This document shows, piece after piece, positions 61,718 through 64,000 of a DNA stretch of 64,000 nucleotides (position 1 is its first letter; each line of letters begins with the position of its first letter). Below the pieces are notes generated by a model. That model was not told the DNA's origin, did no database searches, and was given only the letters and a program-made list of their open reading frames with translations. The stretch comes from Candidatus Multivoradales bacterium (GTDB lineage Bacteria; Acidobacteriota; Thermoanaerobaculia; Multivoradales; JAHEKO01). The stretch is from assembly GCA_965223155.1 (NCBI GenBank), contig CBDCVR010000015.1, positions 928,001 through 992,000 of the forward strand. Direction: 5' to 3'. Made by a program: the position numbers and the translations under genes.

Positions 61718-63880
61718 CTACGAGCCTGGGGGCCGGCCCACCACCCTTACTGGGCTCGATTGGATTCTATTTCCATCCGGTGTCGTCGCCGCCAGCCGCA
61801 GCGCGTAGGTTCCGGCGGCCAGGTCCTGTGCTTCGAGCTCGACCAGGTAGCGTTCGATCCGGAGGCCCGTGGACGCAGCGGACGTCTCGGGCTCGCGCCG
61901 CACGGTCAGAAGCGGCAGCTCGGAAGCCACCTGTCCGCTCCCATCGAGAAGCTCGGCGCGCACCGTCCCCAGAATCCCGGACAGGTTGTAGCCGGCCAGG
62001 GCCAGGGAAAGACGCCCCGCGACCACCGACGGGCCGGCCGCGGGCACGAAGGCCGCGCCGCCGGTGACGAAGGGATAGGGGACCTCGGGGCGTTCACCGG
62101 TTTCCTGCCCGATCAACCACTTGCCGGCGGGCTCAGGGACAAGCGGCGGCAGCAGGTACGGCGCGGTCGAGTCCGAAGCCGGTACCGAAAGCGGCACCAC
62201 CCGCAGAGCGGTCGATCCGGTCTGGGCGTTCCGCACCAGGGTCCGGATGGCGTAGTCGCCGGGCGCCAGCTCCAGATGGCCCCAGAACTTGAAGCCACTG
62301 GCTCGGAGCACCGGGCCCACCTTTGCGACGTCGAGCGTCAGCCGCTGGGTGGCGAAGTCGGCGATGGTGCCGTCGTCCCGTATGGCGTAGGCGTAGATCT
62401 CGAGAGGCAAGATTCCGGAGTCATCGTCGGCCAAGAGCGCCCGCCCGTCGATCTCGACAAGCATCGGCACGTAGGCCCGCTCTTTCGGGCCCGGAAACGG
62501 AGCCGCCAGAACCGCGGTTTCCAGGCGGCCGCCCTCGGCGCCGCCGATGACGAGACCGGCGGCGTTGATCTTGCGCTCGGCACCGCTCTGCTCACCGAAG
62601 GGCCGCGGCGCGTAGAAGCCCGGCCGGTGCACCAGCCGCACGCCGCGCCGTCGATCCCGTAACCGCACCTTGAGGCGATGAAACGAGCCGTCAAGCTCCA
62701 GGTCCTCCGGCTGCAAGGTCAGGACGTAGGTAACGCTGGTCCGCTCCAGGAGCTCGCCCATGGCCTCGCCCAGGTTGTTGTAGTTACGGAAGAGCTCGCC
62801 GCCGGTCTCATCCGCCAGGATGAAAAGCCCGTCCTGCCCCGAGGCCCGCGGCTTGATCTCGGCGCCGGCGCGGGCGCCGCCGATATCCACCGCCTGGATC
62901 GTGCAGTCACCGCGCCGGAACTCCTCCAGCGTCTGCCGCAGGCTGCGTTGCGCCACCGAGCTGCCGTAGCGTTCCTCGGAATCGATCCGCCAGTGCTCGC
63001 CGACCGACGCGTCGTTGGCCATCTCGGTGATGCGGGCAAGATCCTCGGTACCGACGACGATCGAGCTGTCAAATCCCTCGGAGAGCAGCACGATGTGCTT
63101 GCGGCCGGAAACGCTCTGCATCAGCTTGGCCAGCTCTTCGAGCGAGCTCGACAGGGCCAGCACCTGCTGCTCTTGCTTCTCTCGCTGCTCGCGCCGGGCA
63201 AAGGGCTGAAGGTCCCGAGCGTTCTGAAGCATCATGGCCGCGCGCTCGGACTTCATCGAGCCGGCGCCGCGGGGTCCGGGGGCACCGGCCGGGCCGGACG
63301 GGAGTCCGGCGTCCAGGATCGAATCCACGACCAGGCCCAGGGGATCCTGAAAATGCCGGCCGGGCTCGGGCGAGCGCAGATCGCGGATCGCCGCCTCGAG
63401 CTGCCGATGGTCCCGGGTAAAGCTCAAGACCAGCTCGACGCCGGTCGATTCGGTGTAGGTAGCCACGGCCACCAGATCGGTTGGATGCAGGGCCTCGAGC
63501 GCCAGCGTCCGCGCCGCCGCCTGGGCCTTGCCGATCGAGCCCGGGGTCGAAAACGACAGATCGAAAAGCAGCAGGAAGTGGCGACTGGCCGCGAGCTGAG
63601 GCCGCTCGCTTGCCGGCCCGGAGGCGAGATCCACGACGTCAAAGGCTACGATGGGCTCCGCGGCTCCGTCGCGACGGACCTCGAAATCCTCGGCGGTGAG
63701 GCCCCGAACCGGACCGGCGGGGCCGAACACCTGAACCGGGACTTCGACCACCGTGACCGTCGCGACTTCTTCGAACCGATCGTCGCGCGCGGCGAGCGCG
63801 GCCGAGACAAGAACTGCCAGGCCCACGCCGAGGAGCACGGTCCGGCTCGTCAGGACACCACGGGAACTTCTAGGGCGCAT
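61718..63880 (-). CDS. VWA domain protein (VWFA-related type)
   Basis: VVEVPVQV..PVRGLTAEDF, LLFDLSFS, GRKHIVLLSEG, LADETGG, TYVLT..DGSFHRLKVRL..VHRPGFYA; start ATG 63880 inferred. Confidence 0.85.
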   Translation of the reverse strand: MRPRSSRGVLTSRTVLLGVGLAVLVSAALAARDDRFEEVATVTVVEVPVQVFGPAGPVRGLTAEDFEVRRDGAAEPIVAFDVVDLASGPASERPQLAASRHFLLLFDLSFSTPGSIGKAQAAARTLALEALHPTDLVAVATYTESTGVELVLSFTRDHRQLEAAIRDLRSPEPGRHFQDPLGLVVDSILDAGLPSGPAGAPGPRGAGSMKSERAAMMLQNARDLQPFARREQREKQEQQVLALSSSLEELAKLMQSVSGRKHIVLLSEGFDSSIVVGTEDLARITEMANDASVGEHWRIDSEERYGSSVAQRSLRQTLEEFRRGDCTIQAVDIGGARAGAEIKPRASGQDGLFILADETGGELFRNYNNLGEAMGELLERTSVTYVLTLQPEDLELDGSFHRLKVRLRDRRRGVRLVHRPGFYAPRPFGEQSGAERKINAAGLVIGGAEGGRLETAVLAAPFPGPKERAYVPMLVEIDGRALLADDDSGILPLEIYAYAIRDDGTIADFATQRLTLDVAKVGPVLRASGFKFWGHLELAPGDYAIRTLVRNAQTGSTALRVVPLSVPASDSTAPYLLPPLVPEPAGKWLIGQETGERPEVPYPFVTGGAAFVPAAGPSVVAGRLSLALAGYNLSGILGTVRAELLDGSGQVASELPLLTVRREPETSAASTGLRIERYLVELEAQDLAAGTYALRLAATTPDGNRIQSSPVRVVGRPPGS

Positions 63881-64000
63881 CCTGCTAACTACGAACCCGG
63901 GACACCGAGGTTGCCGGAGCGCGCCAACGTAGCGAGTATAGCCAGGCGTAGCCAGCCTAGCCGCCGTCCGCCAATCGCGCCACGTCGCTGGCACAGCCCC

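Noticed and set aside
1-64000. CRISPR array, tRNA, rRNA, DGR/retron reverse transcriptase
   Set aside because: No regularly spaced repeats, structural RNA signatures or RT motifs were seen; CT3/CT6 differences are not adenine-specific.

Overview
GC-rich bacterial window; the gene content (VWA-related protein, RseB/barrel-like protein, bacterial topo VI-B, signal-peptide RHS proteins) suggests Acidobacteriota (inference). 1-7 kb: housekeeping-type genes (AmpG-like MFS, FAD oxidase, Fic, top6B without an adjacent top6A, amidohydrolase, YkgJ). 7.2-21.8 kb (-): one giant ~4,890-aa Calx-beta/DUF11/vWA surface protein split by a single-base frameshift at ~16545. Divergently, 22.0-54.3 kb (+): an RHS array with three cores retaining the N-terminus and Sec-type signal peptide, four orphan cores, Cys-rich variable C-terminal tips and membrane/lipoprotein partner genes. 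Two apparently identical, inverted IS110-family (IS1111-type) elements lie in the array. Their ends, AG core, target (GGTGAC-AG-GATAC) and a bridge/seekRNA-like guide structure can be read from the sequence, and an empty target lies in the other arm of a REP-like palindrome. 54-64 kb: GT2 remnant, DUF2188 protein, TonB-dependent receptor, large envelope protein, VWA protein.
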